A stretch of DNA of 63,996 nt, counting the filler, from Sphacelaria rigidula (taxonomy: Eukaryota): assembly GCA_964200075.2 (NCBI GenBank). It is 3 parts of 3 records of this genome, joined end to end, with 100 filler letters (N's around TTAATTAATTAA, not from the genome) between each part and the next. Parts side by side here need not be neighbours in the genome. Positions count along the whole stretch, not along the records: positions 21,518 to 42,918 come from CAXNAA020000426.1; 2 more parts are not named here. One strand, 5' to 3'. Shown one piece after another: positions 24,722 through 37,200 of this stretch; position 1 is the first letter of the stretch, and each line of letters opens with the position of its first letter. The notes under the pieces were generated by a model that was given only the letters and a program-made list of their open reading frames with translations, had not been told where the DNA came from and made no database searches. A program made the translations under genes and the position numbers.

Positions 24722-27611
24722 CGTGTGGCGTCAATCGGCAGCAAGTTTCATTCGAATGCTCTGAATATCAATACAACATACTGTGAGAACGTGATTCCTC
24801 GACGAACACTTGTAGGATTTTTTCCCTCCGATGTTGTGGTTCCCACATCCCCCCCCTTTATGAGTCTCTTCATACGTTCTCTAACGGGAAGAGGCTTGCA
24901 GCGGTAACCTTTTCCGCCGGCTAGCGGTGAGGATGTACACCTTTCTCCACATATCTCTCACCATAACTTGTAGGTGTATTAGGTCCCCAAGCCAACAATC
25001 TCCACAGAATATTTTCCGATGAGTCTGCAAACTCTTCTTCGAAGCCACCCACCAGTTGTGTAGCCTCCATCATTTCTACGACTCTGCTGTCCCCAGACTC
25101 AGCTTTCTTCGTCGCACTTCGTGGGAGCGGGTGTTGGAACTCGACACGTCCCGCTCATGAAGCGTTAGCGTTATCTCATGGTGTCGCCGATGTGAAAATG
25201 TGATTCCTCAACGGAACCTTGCGGGATTTTGCTTCCCTTTCATGTGGTGGTTCCCACAAATCGCATGCACAGGCGCTTGTCTGCACCTATTATGACGGAC
25301 GGAACTTGTCAAGTTTGCAATCTAGGGTGATGAAACCAACAACAAAAACGACAGCTCACCCAAGCGGTGGTTCCCACGACGTGGCGTTCAGCTCATTCTC
25401 TGGGGTAAGGTCGAAGCCGTTCACTTGCAGCGCTCCACGGTAGACGTAGCCGCCAGTTGAGACCATTTCTTGAGTGTTGATGGACGTAATGCCAATATCG
25501 AAGGACCGGCTGTGGAACAGGGTGTCATCCTCGATATCTCTGCCGAGCCATGCCGATTCTTCCCCGTTTGTGCAGATGAAACTTATCGCAGCGATAATGC
25601 CCGACACGGTAATGGCAGCACTTACGCCTGAGTCAGTGTGGCGTCGACATTCGCAAGAAGCCGAGTTTCGAGAGTAGGGAGGTTGAGGTGCACGGCCACA
25701 CGTCAGTGTAAGGCAGAGCGTTAGACTTCACCGCAGACTGATGCAATCCACCGATACAGCCCGGGGGGGTCACGGCAAAACGATGAGCATCTTAGGGCCA
25801 CTATTAGCGGGTTTATTTTTTCATACTTTCCAACCATTTTCGGAGAATTTTGGACTTGCTGGAGAACAAAATGCGAAAAAAATAAAATGCAAAAAAAACA
25901 AAAAAACGAACGTCACATTTTCCGAGTAATATGCGATCCGTCTTGAATGGTTATATTCCATTACCTGGTTGAGAAATCTGTCGTCACGTTTCTCGGGCAG
26001 AAATCTTCTTCTCGTCCAACAAAGTCGGAAAAGTCTGAAAAAAATAACCTCGTTCATCACGGCCCATATATCAGAAACAAACAAAAACGTTTCGGGCAGA
26101 CATTTTTGGGCAGGTAAGTGTTTCGACATACCGCAACCCTCGCTTGTGAACGCCTTCTTTCGGCCTGGCGGCAAAAAAGTAACGCAAGGACCCCCCTGTC
26201 ACAATGATCTCTCCCGCCACAAACATTCCTAGTCTGGATCATTGCCGTCCATCTCATGACCCCTTGCGTGCCGCCCAAATAAGAATATTGGGTATCCAAA
26301 TGCAAGACACGGCTCAGTTTGCACGGCGGGCTACAAGACCACTCCGGGAGCTCCATGGTAGGTACGCATATTTCCAGGGGACAACCAACGGCTACTCGAG
26401 GGACAACGTTGCTAGCAGCTGACACACGACCTCTATCGGACGTAGCTCGGATATACATGTTTGACTGCAAGTGAGCTACAGCTCGCAGATGATTTAGCTC
26501 ATGAGCTGTCCAACGTGTGAAAAATTGGGCATATACTCTCGGTAATACCCGGTTATGGATGATCACCTGAGCATTACCTTACTACTTGGATTTGGGGTAG
26601 AGTTGGGTATGATATAGTTACTCTACCAAGTATTGGGTAATTTGGGTACGATCTCAATACTCTACTCAAACATTGGGTATAAGTGTTCTCAGTAAGACTG
26701 TGGTGACTTCGTGACGTCACTTCTCATACTACCTTTGACCGTGAGGGCGAATGATAACCACCAGCAACAAAACAGCGCGAAGTCTCATACCCCCGAATAT
26801 GACAACTACTCTGGATTGTCGCCAGATTTCATTTTTGAGCACAGAGCATCCACCACCTTCTCGTGTGTATTTGAGTAGACGGGTGGAGGGAGTGACAAAT
26901 GAGCAACGACGCGGACCACACGCTACCGGACCTGCTACATACAGTTCACCTCGTATGCTGTAGTGCAGGACAAAACAGTACTGTCTGTAAAAAATATAGA
27001 AGAGGACGACGTAGTAAGATCACTCTCACGTATATCTTGTACTACTTGTACGTTTACCCTGTCCTGTGCAACGGTATTCTTGTGCACTATCCGCACAAAT
27101 AGTTTTGATTGTGTGAGGTGTCCAACATGTATACTTGTGAAGTGAATAAAGAGATACGACAACGAGAGATGCCCTCGATGTTGTCAACGGGTAATAATCT
27201 ATCGCGTGCTCTGTGCAAACTGGTGCGAAGTATATATATATATATATATAATTGCTCGTATTTATGTCCCCTCCTGTCCTAGAGTGTATTGAAAGTACGA
27301 GTATACTGTCGATTCACCAGTTTTGGTTGTGTGTGGCGTCTATAAAGCAAATACTTGAGAGAAGCACATAATACAACAAAGAACAAGTTGATTGCGTGCG
27401 TAGGGTCCGTAAATGCGCGAATACGGGGTTTTCAAAAACATGTAGATACAAACGTACGTTACGACCGACTTGTCTCATGGGATGCACACTTCTGAATACC
27501 CGGGTGCAGTCCTCGGGTAATTACTCTTCCCAAGCTTTGGATATATATATATATATATATATTGGTTACGATTTCAATACGATACCCAGATGTTGGGTAG
27601 AGCTGGGTACG

Positions 27612-27695
27612 ATCTCAATGCTATACCCAAATATCTCAATGCTATACCCAAATATCTCAATGCTATACCCAAATATCTCAATGCTACACCCAAAT
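27612..27695. repeat. 21-bp tandem repeat x4 (ATCTCAATGCTATACCCAAAT) within a TACCC-rich repeat
   Basis: Four adjacent copies with one substitution. Confidence 0.95.
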
Positions 27696-29846
27696 ATTGG
27701 GTAGAGTCGGGTATGATGCTAATCCTCCACGAGTGGACTCTTCGCTACACCTTGCAAACACCGTCCTCAGGTGGAGACTTTGTGGACGACCCTGTGGCGA
27801 CCCTCTACAAGGTTCAGAACCCTCTAACGACCCTCTACGATGTGCGCAACTGTACTGTAAAGAGTTGCTTGATACAGCACCTTGCGAGAGTGAACACCAC
27901 GACAGGGTGTGATAGTGATGACCTTGTGCAGTTTGACACTGTGTAAGGATTTGGGATGGTGAACTCTCAGAAAGATTTCGCCTCGGCAGGGTGATGTTTC
28001 AATACCTTGTGCAAGGACCCGCCTTCACAGTGACAGGTTTCTGGACCGTGAGGCCGGACCCACCTGGGGGCACTAATATTCCAAGGCCTTCAACAGGGAA
28101 CCACCTTGGCAGTGTTATGTTTGAATATCTTCAGCAAGGATCCACCTTCGTAAGGTAATGTTTCAATACCTTCGTGGGGGACTGTACGTTGGCAGGGTGT
28201 TACGTGCATTGTCCTTGTACAAGCCTGGTTATTACACGACCCTGTCAGGGGTCTTATATATTATGCCCGCTACGTGAACGACCTGCAGAGGGTGAATCAT
28301 TCATACGTGTGTCATGCCACGAGGTAGGAATTCCACATTTGGGCCCAGGCGATTCTCGTTGAGGGACTTCTTAGGCTATAAAATGATCTCCCCAAGAATA
28401 GGGGCGGGCCGATGTCGTTCAAAACTTCCATCGGACAGCCCGTCCGAGACGTATGCGTGGGACGCTCCACAATTTTGATGGATGATTTTTGTACCAGATG
28501 AAAGCCTGCCGGAAATTAAAGGGTCCGGAAGAATCATCGCCGGTTGAAATCACCAAGCTTACGATTTTTGATGCGTAGTTATTAAAAAGGCGGGAAACGG
28601 ATGATCGCGGGTCAAGATACAGTCTCTACGCTAATCATGCGCCACTCCCCGTGTCTGGGGTGCGCGCACGTGGGGTGCAACGCTCAAAAACGAAGCGCAA
28701 GGAGTGATTCGTACGGTACGAATCAACTACACATAGACCGAGCAACTTCCGAACGGATCATTATTCATCTGACCCTTGCAAAAATTCCAATGTGGCAAAT
28801 GTTGTGTGCACCGTTGTCATCACGACCGAAACCTTTCGCCTTCCCTGTGTCAGATTTTGATATTTTCATCGCCCCATTGCCAAACATTTTAAAAGGCGAA
28901 ACCTTTCAGATATGTGAACCCAACACACGCTCTGGATGGAGAATCATGTATCACTTATAGCACCATCCCCCGGTCTACACCGTGGACCCTGAGGGTCCTA
29001 CCTCCAAATATTGCGAGAGTAAATACCCAGCACACGACGAATCCCGCATCCCATGCAGAATTGAAATCATGCCGGGGATTTTCTTCCATGGGACCTTGCA
29101 CGATTTTCAGGCATACCACATGCTGCGCGGTTGCACTACCTCGCCTTCGCAGTAAATCCACTCTCAACAGCCTACATAACACGGTAGCTCTACTTCTCTC
29201 GGCGTCTGCTCTTTCGCCCACCCGTACGCACGTGCATCAAAAAGGTATACCTCGGAGTACAGTAGACATGATAGCAATGAATGTCTAATTATGGTGTTCA
29301 AGTCTTTCGTTTTGAGCTTTGAAAAAATCTTAGGCTCTTCCTTGTATACCACATCTCTCCCCCCCCCTCCCACGCCCCCCACGACCTTGACAGCCTTATG
29401 CCTGTGGGCCGGCCATAACCCGTCGCGCCCTTTCCCAGCTTTGTAGAGATACCACGTCAACCGTCTCATTGCTACAGCATGCAACGTAATGAGTACACCT
29501 CCCCCACACGCCATATGCATTTATTTCCATCCTCCGGCGGACGGGTGTGAGACAAAAACTGGAGCTAAGCATCCTTCCTCACAGATGTACAACGCATGTA
29601 CGAACCGTCAATTTCACTCCGTCGCACGCGGCGTGTTGTTGGAGTACCCACAACATCATCCCCCACACCGGCCGCTTGTGAGGGGCGTTTCAAGGGAAAC
29701 TGGGCATTATTCGTGTTCATCGTTTGAGTTCCTCAGCGCAATAGTTCGGATAATGATTTGAAACTGAGGCCACTGTTGACGCGTCGAAACAAAAAAATCT
29801 GGTTAGAAACTGATTTTTTTTGTCCTCCTGCGTAGTTTCAAGGCTA

Positions 29847-30164
29847 GGAAAGAGGTTTAGGGGGATGTTGACACATTGGAATGACTTCCTGTCGTTGCTG
29901 ACACGTTTTCCGGGACAAGTTCGCATTTACCGGTGGTCGCCGTTGTTGTTTCGGCCGAAGTTGCATTATCAAGAACAACCTATCAAGCCATTGAAAAGCG
30001 GCGATGAAAAGAACCTTCAGGGATAATTACACCGCATCTGACTGAAAATACAAGCTTGGCAAAGTAATAAATCGGCCACCGGCAAAGGCGGAGGTCGACG
30101 GAATCGTCGCAACGAGGAGATGGAGTCATTCCAACATGTCAACATCCGCCTAGCTCTCTGTTCC
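29847..30164. ncRNA. Imperfect ~320-nt foldback; candidate miRNA precursor
   Basis: GGATGTTGACACATTGGAATGACT (29863-29886) pairs with AGTCATTCCAACATGTCAACATCC (30124-30147). Looser pairing continues to ~29970 / 30043. No other copy seen in the window. Confidence 0.4.
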
Positions 30165-31317
30165 GCGGAAAAGGTAGTTCACGATCGCGCCAATTACTCG
30201 CCCGCACATGCTGTGGGAAGAATTATGCTTACCCCTACCGTTGTCCCTGCCCCCCATAGTGATCTCGTGCGTTATATTTCACGACGGGAAAGCGCGCAGA
30301 AGGCACGGCCGATGCTCGCGTGCCCGAACAGGATCATGAAGGACGACGTGGACGGGATAGTTTGCCGCAAGCGCAGAAGAGGCGGAGGTCGTCGTCTTCG
30401 TCGACGATGCCAAGGACGCAACCTTCGGAGGTGGGACACGTACATGGTTCCAGCGAATCACGGGAGCAACCTAGTGGCAGTAGGGGGCGGGGAAGCTGGC
30501 GCCTCCCCCCCTCCGCGGCGCGGTTCACACACCGTCGCCGACAACGTCCAGACCCCAGCCCACCCACCCGCACGGTATGTCCGACTCGGGGATACGGTGA
30601 CAGTTGAGCGAGGCGGGCGCGCGTCGCGGGACACGCCATCTGCTCCCATTGGCATCATACACGCCAGTATTAAGGCACATAAAGTATGCAACGTCATCCT
30701 GAAAATCATCGCGCGGAGAGACATTTCCACCATTTTCGGGCACATGCTGGTCACTGAGCCGCATCAGGTACGTGAAAGGCAACAAAAATGTACACCACGC
30801 AGCAGGATTGACACACTCGGGATCGCTTACGCCGGCACTAATGCGTGTAACGTTCTCCCAGCTCTCGCATCCTCGCGGCGGAGAGGTCGCGAGCTCTCCC
30901 ACTCATGCACTATCACTGCTCCGCGGGAGATGACATGGCGGCATGTTCTCAGCGTCAGAGGGAAAGTGACGGATGGTATCGCCAATTTATGCCGTACGAT
31001 CTATCAGTAGGAAATGCCTCATAGGCTTACATTACAATAAAATGGTGTTTAGCAGCAAAGGTTCATCAGTGGTGTGCCCCTACAGCAGACAACCTCCCTA
31101 AACGTACACGCGCGCGCGGTGATATTAGCAGACGCGCCTTATATTTTTCACGACGCCATGTACACAAGTCCCCCATCTCCATATCATGCGTGAAATGCTC
31201 GGAGGACTGGAAGTCGCGTGAGTCTCGCGCGGCCGCGGTAGTTCGTACGAACTTCACGTCGTCTTCATCCCGAGCAACAGCACTTCAAAGTCTACCTCTT
31301 TCAATCTACTCAAACCT

Positions 31318-32008
31318 TAGGTGCAGGAAATACCCGTGTATTTTACCCGAGGATTCGAACGGACATACCCTCCTCGACCTGCCCTTCGTATGAACTCACC
31401 GGTGAAAATCCTGCCGTTGCCGACGGTACCAGAGTACATCGTCTCTGCACAGGCAAGGAAAGCGTTATGCTCCGGCGACAGCGCTTGCTTGGGGTCGATG
31501 CAGTGCGCCCTGCTCTCCGGTTCTATGATCGCCGCGTTGTGAACGACGATGGCGCTTTTTGCGAATCCCCGCTCGACCGGCGACCCTGTTTCTCCTGGGC
31601 CTGTGAGGAAGTCGGAGCTCGTGACCCCGACAGTAAACCATTGAACTGGAGCATGTACATACGCAGCGTGTATATATATGCTCCAGTTCAAGGATTCACT
31701 GTCGGGGTCACGGGCTCCGACTTCCTCACAGGCCCAGGAGAAGAGAGAATCGCGGGCTGAGCGGGGATTCGCAAAGTGCGTGTACAATGTGACGATCATA
31801 GGACCGGAGGGCAGGGCTCGCTGCATCGACCCCAAACAGGCACTGTCGCCCGAGAATAATACCTTCCTTGCGTGCGCAGGCAAGATCTATCTGGTACCGT
31901 CGGCAACGGCAGGAATTTCACCGGTGAGTTCATACGGAGGGCAGGTCGAGTAGGGTATGTATGTCCGTTTGAATTCTCGGGTAAAATACACGGGTATTTC
32001 CTGTACCT
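31318..32008. repeat. ~690-bp near-palindrome (345-bp arms, almost no spacer); foldback element or hairpin-RNA locus
   Basis: aggtgcaggaaatacccgtgtattttacccgag...ttgaactggagcat is mirrored by atgctccagttcaa...ctcgggtaaaatacacgggtatttcctgtacct. Centre at ~31660-31670. Confidence 0.95.
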
Positions 32009-32009
32009 T

Positions 32010-33532
32010 GAATACTTTGCACATATATTGGGTAAGCACTCTTCGCAGTACCCTGGTATAAAATACCTGGATGTAGGGTGGATCGGATACGATCCCAAAC
32101 ACTCGACCCGAAATTTAGATCGCCACCATCAGCAATACCTGGGTACAGACTATCACTTGGGTATGACCTTCATACCTTACCAAAACTTGAGTGTGTTATT
32201 GGCTACGATCTAAAATGCGCTAGCCAAATTTAGGGTCGACTGGGCACGAGTCAATACTTCACTCAAATATTGGGTGAGACCGCGTGTTCGAACATATTTT
32301 TCAGATCGAACTCGATGTGCGACAGCGATTCCAGCGAGCTCGTTAATTTCTAGCGAATTGGGTCCAAGCGAATTCGGAAGCTTTTGGTCGAAAAAAGAAA
32401 AAGTCATGAAACGGTACTTGTTCGCTTGTCTATAGTACGGCATTGTACTGCCTGCGATGTATGCATGCCGTGTGCTTGAGTGTCACGTGTAGTCGGATGT
32501 GAAAGAGAAGCGAGTAACGTGCAGTATACGCAGCGAAGGACTATGTGTACTCTTTTCTCCAGTACGACGTGAAAAAGTACTCCTATCACGTGCAAGTTTG
32601 TACTGCCTGCACTGTCCATGGGTATACAGAAATGGGTCGTCCACCCTACCAGGCATTGCCGTCGCTGATCCCTACGATGATAGATGCCGAAGTCTTCGCC
32701 AACAACAACAACAAAAACATCATACCGAACGACTGCGGAGCATCTATCCCTGTGCTGAGGTTGTGCTCCATGCTGCGGGGTTGCTGTGGCAGCTGAGGAT
32801 GAGTTTTGTGGGGTTTGCACCGTTCTGTGAGAGGGGGGTATCTGGCGTAGTGGTCTGTAAGGTAGGAGTCAAGTTCCCCTTATACGTACCTCTCCTTCAT
32901 ATGTTTTCGATGAAAAACGCCAAGGGCAGGGCAGATAGGGTATGTACTTTGGAATGCCCTGGGAAAATACAAGGGTATATTTCCTCTACCCAGCCTTGGG
33001 TAGATCGAACACGGCCCAAACACTCTACCCGAATTTTGGGTAAATCGAGTACGGTCTCAAACACTCTACACAATTATCAGGCACGCTCTCTCAGCAATAC
33101 CTGAATATAGAGCACCCAAATTCAGGTTAGATCGGATACAACCTCAAACACTACCCAAAATCTATGTCACCACTCTCAGCCATACCTGGGCACAGAGGAT
33201 CACTTGGGTATCACCTACATCCCTCACCCAATCCTTGGGTATGTTAAGTACGATCCAAAATGCGCTACCCATATGCAGGGTAGGTTGGGCACGAGTCAAT
33301 ATTTTGCCCAAAAATTAGGTGAGGCCGTGTCTCAGCACATGAATTTTCAGTCGAAAAAAAAGTGTCAAGAATTGGTTTCAGCGAGTTCGTTCATTTCTGG
33401 CGAGTCGGGTCTGAGCGAATTCGCCAGTTTCCAATCGAAAAAAAAAAAATCGTGAAGCGGTACTTGTTGACTTGTCCAATGTACAGTACAGTACTATGTG
33501 CGCTGTATGTATACAATGGGTGAGTATGTGTA

Positions 33533-33573
<41 letters not shown>

Positions 33574-34290
33574 CGTACGGTAGGATGTGAAAGAGAAGCG
33601 AGCTACGTGCAGTACACGGAGCGCAGGACTATCTGTACTCTCTGCTTGCGGTGCGACGTGAAAAGGACCCGCACAACGTGCACATTTGCACTCCCTGAAC
33701 TGTCACAAGTCGGCCGTTCATCCTACCAGGTATTGCCGTCGCCGATCCCTACGATAGAAGATACCGAAGTCTTCGCCAACAGAAAAAAACACACGTCATA
33801 CCCAACGACTGCAGAGTACCTATCCCTGTACTGAACTTGTGCTCTACGCTCCAGGGTTGCGGTGGCTGCTAAGGATGAATTCTGTGGGGTTCACACTGTT
33901 CTGTGAGAGAGGGGTCATCTGGTGTGGTGGTCTACAAGATAGGAGTCAAGTACCCCTTCGTACCGTTCCCCCGCGTGTTTTCGATCAAAAAAAGCCAAGG
34001 GCAGATCAGATAGAGTTTTTACTTTTGAATACCCGGGTGAAATACCCGAGTCCATCTCCTCTACCCAAGATTGGGGTAGATCAGGCACGGCTCCAAATGA
34101 TCTACCCAAATTCAGGGGAGGTTAGGTACAACCTCAAACACTGGACACAATTCTTGGGTAAGCGCTCTCCGCGATATACCTGAATATAGATTATCACTCG
34201 GTTCAAAACGTCAATATTGTACCCAAAGGTTGGGATAGATGGAGTACAAACTCAAATGCCCTACCCAAGTTTAGTGTAGATAGGTTACGA
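32010..34290 (+). repeat. Old tandem duplication (~1.08-kb period, 2 copies) of a TACCC/GGGTA-rich element; inverted partial copy at ~35560-35985
   Basis: ggatgtgaaagagaagcgag at 32495 and 33583; ttgccgtcgc.gatccctacgat at ~32656 and ~33733; taggagtcaagt.cccct at ~32863 and ~33940. Confidence 0.85.
33537..33570. repeat. (TG)n microsatellite
   Basis: Direct reading. Confidence 0.95.
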
Positions 34291-37200
34291 CTTCAATTCC
34301 TCTCCAGTAGTGGGCGGTCTAACTATTCAGGGGTGTTTGGGGGGTTTGCTCGCGCACTACTCTTCGATACAACTCGAAACTGTTAGCGTCGGTAGATTTT
34401 GGTACAATCAACAGATCATCCTCGAAACACAGTGCCCACGACAGTGTTAGTCCGTGTTATCGGGCAAAACAAGTTATTTCCCCCTTTATCAGGAGGGTGT
34501 TATTGATCGTGAATCCCAGTTTTTCGGCTCTAGTGCCATGAGTATGTAGAACTTCAAAAAAATAAAACTGTGCATTTCTTCACAAATATGATCGGGACAG
34601 GCTCGATCGACCGAAAATACCGAGGAGTGAGAATCTGGGCTGAAACGTGGCGGCACCCCCTGAGACCTGTCAGCCCGTAACTCAATCAGTATTGAGTAAA
34701 TAGGCTTTTTTTTTCTTGAAACATGAAGCGGATACAAATATCTTCAGATCCCCAAAGTGATAAGCGGTAGCAAGCGAAAAGAGACCACGAAAGTCGTCAA
34801 TTACGAAAAAAATCACAAAATGCCAGAAATCCATAGTTAGAACGCCCACTACTGTACCCAAATATCGGGCATGTACTCTCACTTGGGGATGGCCTCAATA
34901 CTTCACCAAACTTTGGGGTAGGTTCGGTATGACTTACTACACTCCACCCAGAATGCGGGTAGATTGGGTTCGACCTGAAATATTGCACCCAAATTCTGAG
35001 TAATACGCGTACGACCTCCAACACTATATCCAAAATTTAGACTAGATGACTACGACATGACATAATCTACAGAAGTATCGAATAAGTATTCTCAGCAATA
35101 CGTGGGTATAGTATATCACTTCGGTATGACCTCAGTACTCTACCCAATTTTCAGGTATGTAGGGTACGATTTGACATACTCAACTCGAATGTAGGGTAGA
35201 TTGGAGGCAATTCCGATCCTGTACCGAAATCTTCGGGTACTAAGAGTACCACTCATCAATATACAGAATTCCCTAATACCTCAAAAGCTCACCTGACCAG
35301 CCCTTCGTTCATTCCGTTCTTGTTTCCTATGAAAGACGGATAGGAGATTGTGTGGCGGGGCCGTATGCGCAACGCCCGCGCGTTCAAAGTTTGTAAGGGC
35401 AGGTTGGGTCGGCTGGACACAACACTCCGTAGTTTGAAAAGTCATATACTCTTAGAACCCAAATTTGAGGTAGAATATTAAAATCGTAGCGAAACTACCC
35501 GAAAGTTTGGCCGGAAATATGAGGCCATCCCCAACATATCTAACTTGTGGGTAGGGTATTGAGGTCATACCCAAGTCATACTCCATACCCAGGTATTGCG
35601 TAGAGTGCGTACGAAATACTTAGGTCGACCTTTGGAGGTCGTGCCCAATATACCCAGAGTTTGGGTACAGTGAGGATTGTTGACGTTCTTCACCCAATTT
35701 TTGTTGCACGTACTTGTGACCATACTCAGTCTCCGCATACCTTGGGCAGAGTAAATACTCGTGTTTATTTTCCCCGAGTATTCCAAGGTACATACCTTTT
35801 CTTGGGTACGTCGATCATGCGACCACGGCTGGACCCATGGGTGGTCAGTTCAAGTGCGACAATTCATCAAATCAATCAGATATCCTACCCGACCTGCCCT
35901 TGTATTTTTCGATCGAAAACATGGGGAGGAAAGGTACGAAAGGGCACCTGACTCCTATGTTGTAGAGCATCACGCCAGATCATCCTTTATTGAATTGAGC
36001 ACAACGAGGATGTTTTTCGGATAGCCGCTACCGTAGAAATCCTATGTACTGGTTGCTCGTGTATACTCAGACAGCCATACTATCAAGCAGTAGCCGGAGA
36101 TGCTTGTTTATCAGCATGCATGCTCCAGGGATATAGTCACCCCGACGAAAATAAGCCCATAGAAAGTCCAGATTGCAGCACCAAAACGCGACTCGAAGTT
36201 AAGTCGGGACAGAAGGGTCGTAAAGACAGTGGGGGGTCATAGCTTGCAATACAGTAAAAGCGACGTAAAGCTCATTCCGGACAAAATGGTCGTAAAAATG
36301 GTGGAAGATCACAGCTTGCAATAATTTACAGTACAGAACAGTGCAGAACAGTACAGAACAGTACAGAACAGTGGATCTTTGAACGCTTTGTAGTCTCTGG
36401 ACTACGGGGTGATATTTTCGAGGGCTATCTACAAGGTTGGAGCCTGAAAGCAGGGGAACAACCATCTCTGGTTTTTGCCATGTAATATGGCCGCGTACAC
36501 ATATTCTTATGAAACCCCCGAGGACTGTCGCATCATTTCTCAGTGGCATTAATTCATGGTTGGCGCACAGAGGACACAAGTGCCCTTCAGAGGCTTCATG
36601 TAGCACGTACTCCGCAAATGAATCACACATTGAAGGATGATGCACCGCTATTTCCTCTGGAGTCGCCAAAGTGCCCTACAGGCCATTATCGATGGATCCT
36701 CGATAGGAATATTGTACTATTCTCCACAGAGGCATCCTCAGTAGAATCACGTGCTCCAGATCGCCATATTTCCGTTCCTCTAGAGGAAGTCGGACCCCAC
36801 AAGTCCTCGGAGCATGCGTCCTCTACGAGTAAAGGGTTCGTGTACTGTCCACTTCAAGAGAATTATGACCCTGTAGAGGGTATTTTATCCTCCAGAGGGG
36901 TATTTTGCCCTCTAGGGGAAAAACATCGCGATACAGGGATTTCAAGGGGGGACAGTTTGGTCGTGTGTGTCTGAGTTCATATGAACGGGGCTCGTGGTCA
37001 ATTGGTGAAGTCAATTGGGCCCGCGAGACTTTGGCCCGGATTACCGCGGAAGCTCCCCGCAGCACGAGCACTACGGACATTCGCACGCGCGTCGAACACC
37101 TACCGCAGCGAGTGGTTCGGTTTTGCTTTGTCTCGGGTACGTCTATCATGTGGATAATGACCATGGCAGGGGAAACACTTGAAGTGCGACAGTAAAAGAA

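Noticed and set aside
27612..27695. CRISPR-like array
   Set aside because: Adjacent 21-bp copies with no spacers in a eukaryotic context; a minisatellite.
30120..31010. 296-aa + strand ORF
   Set aside because: Arg/Gly-rich with no family features; it is antisense to exon-like Cys-rich segments and overlaps a hairpin arm.
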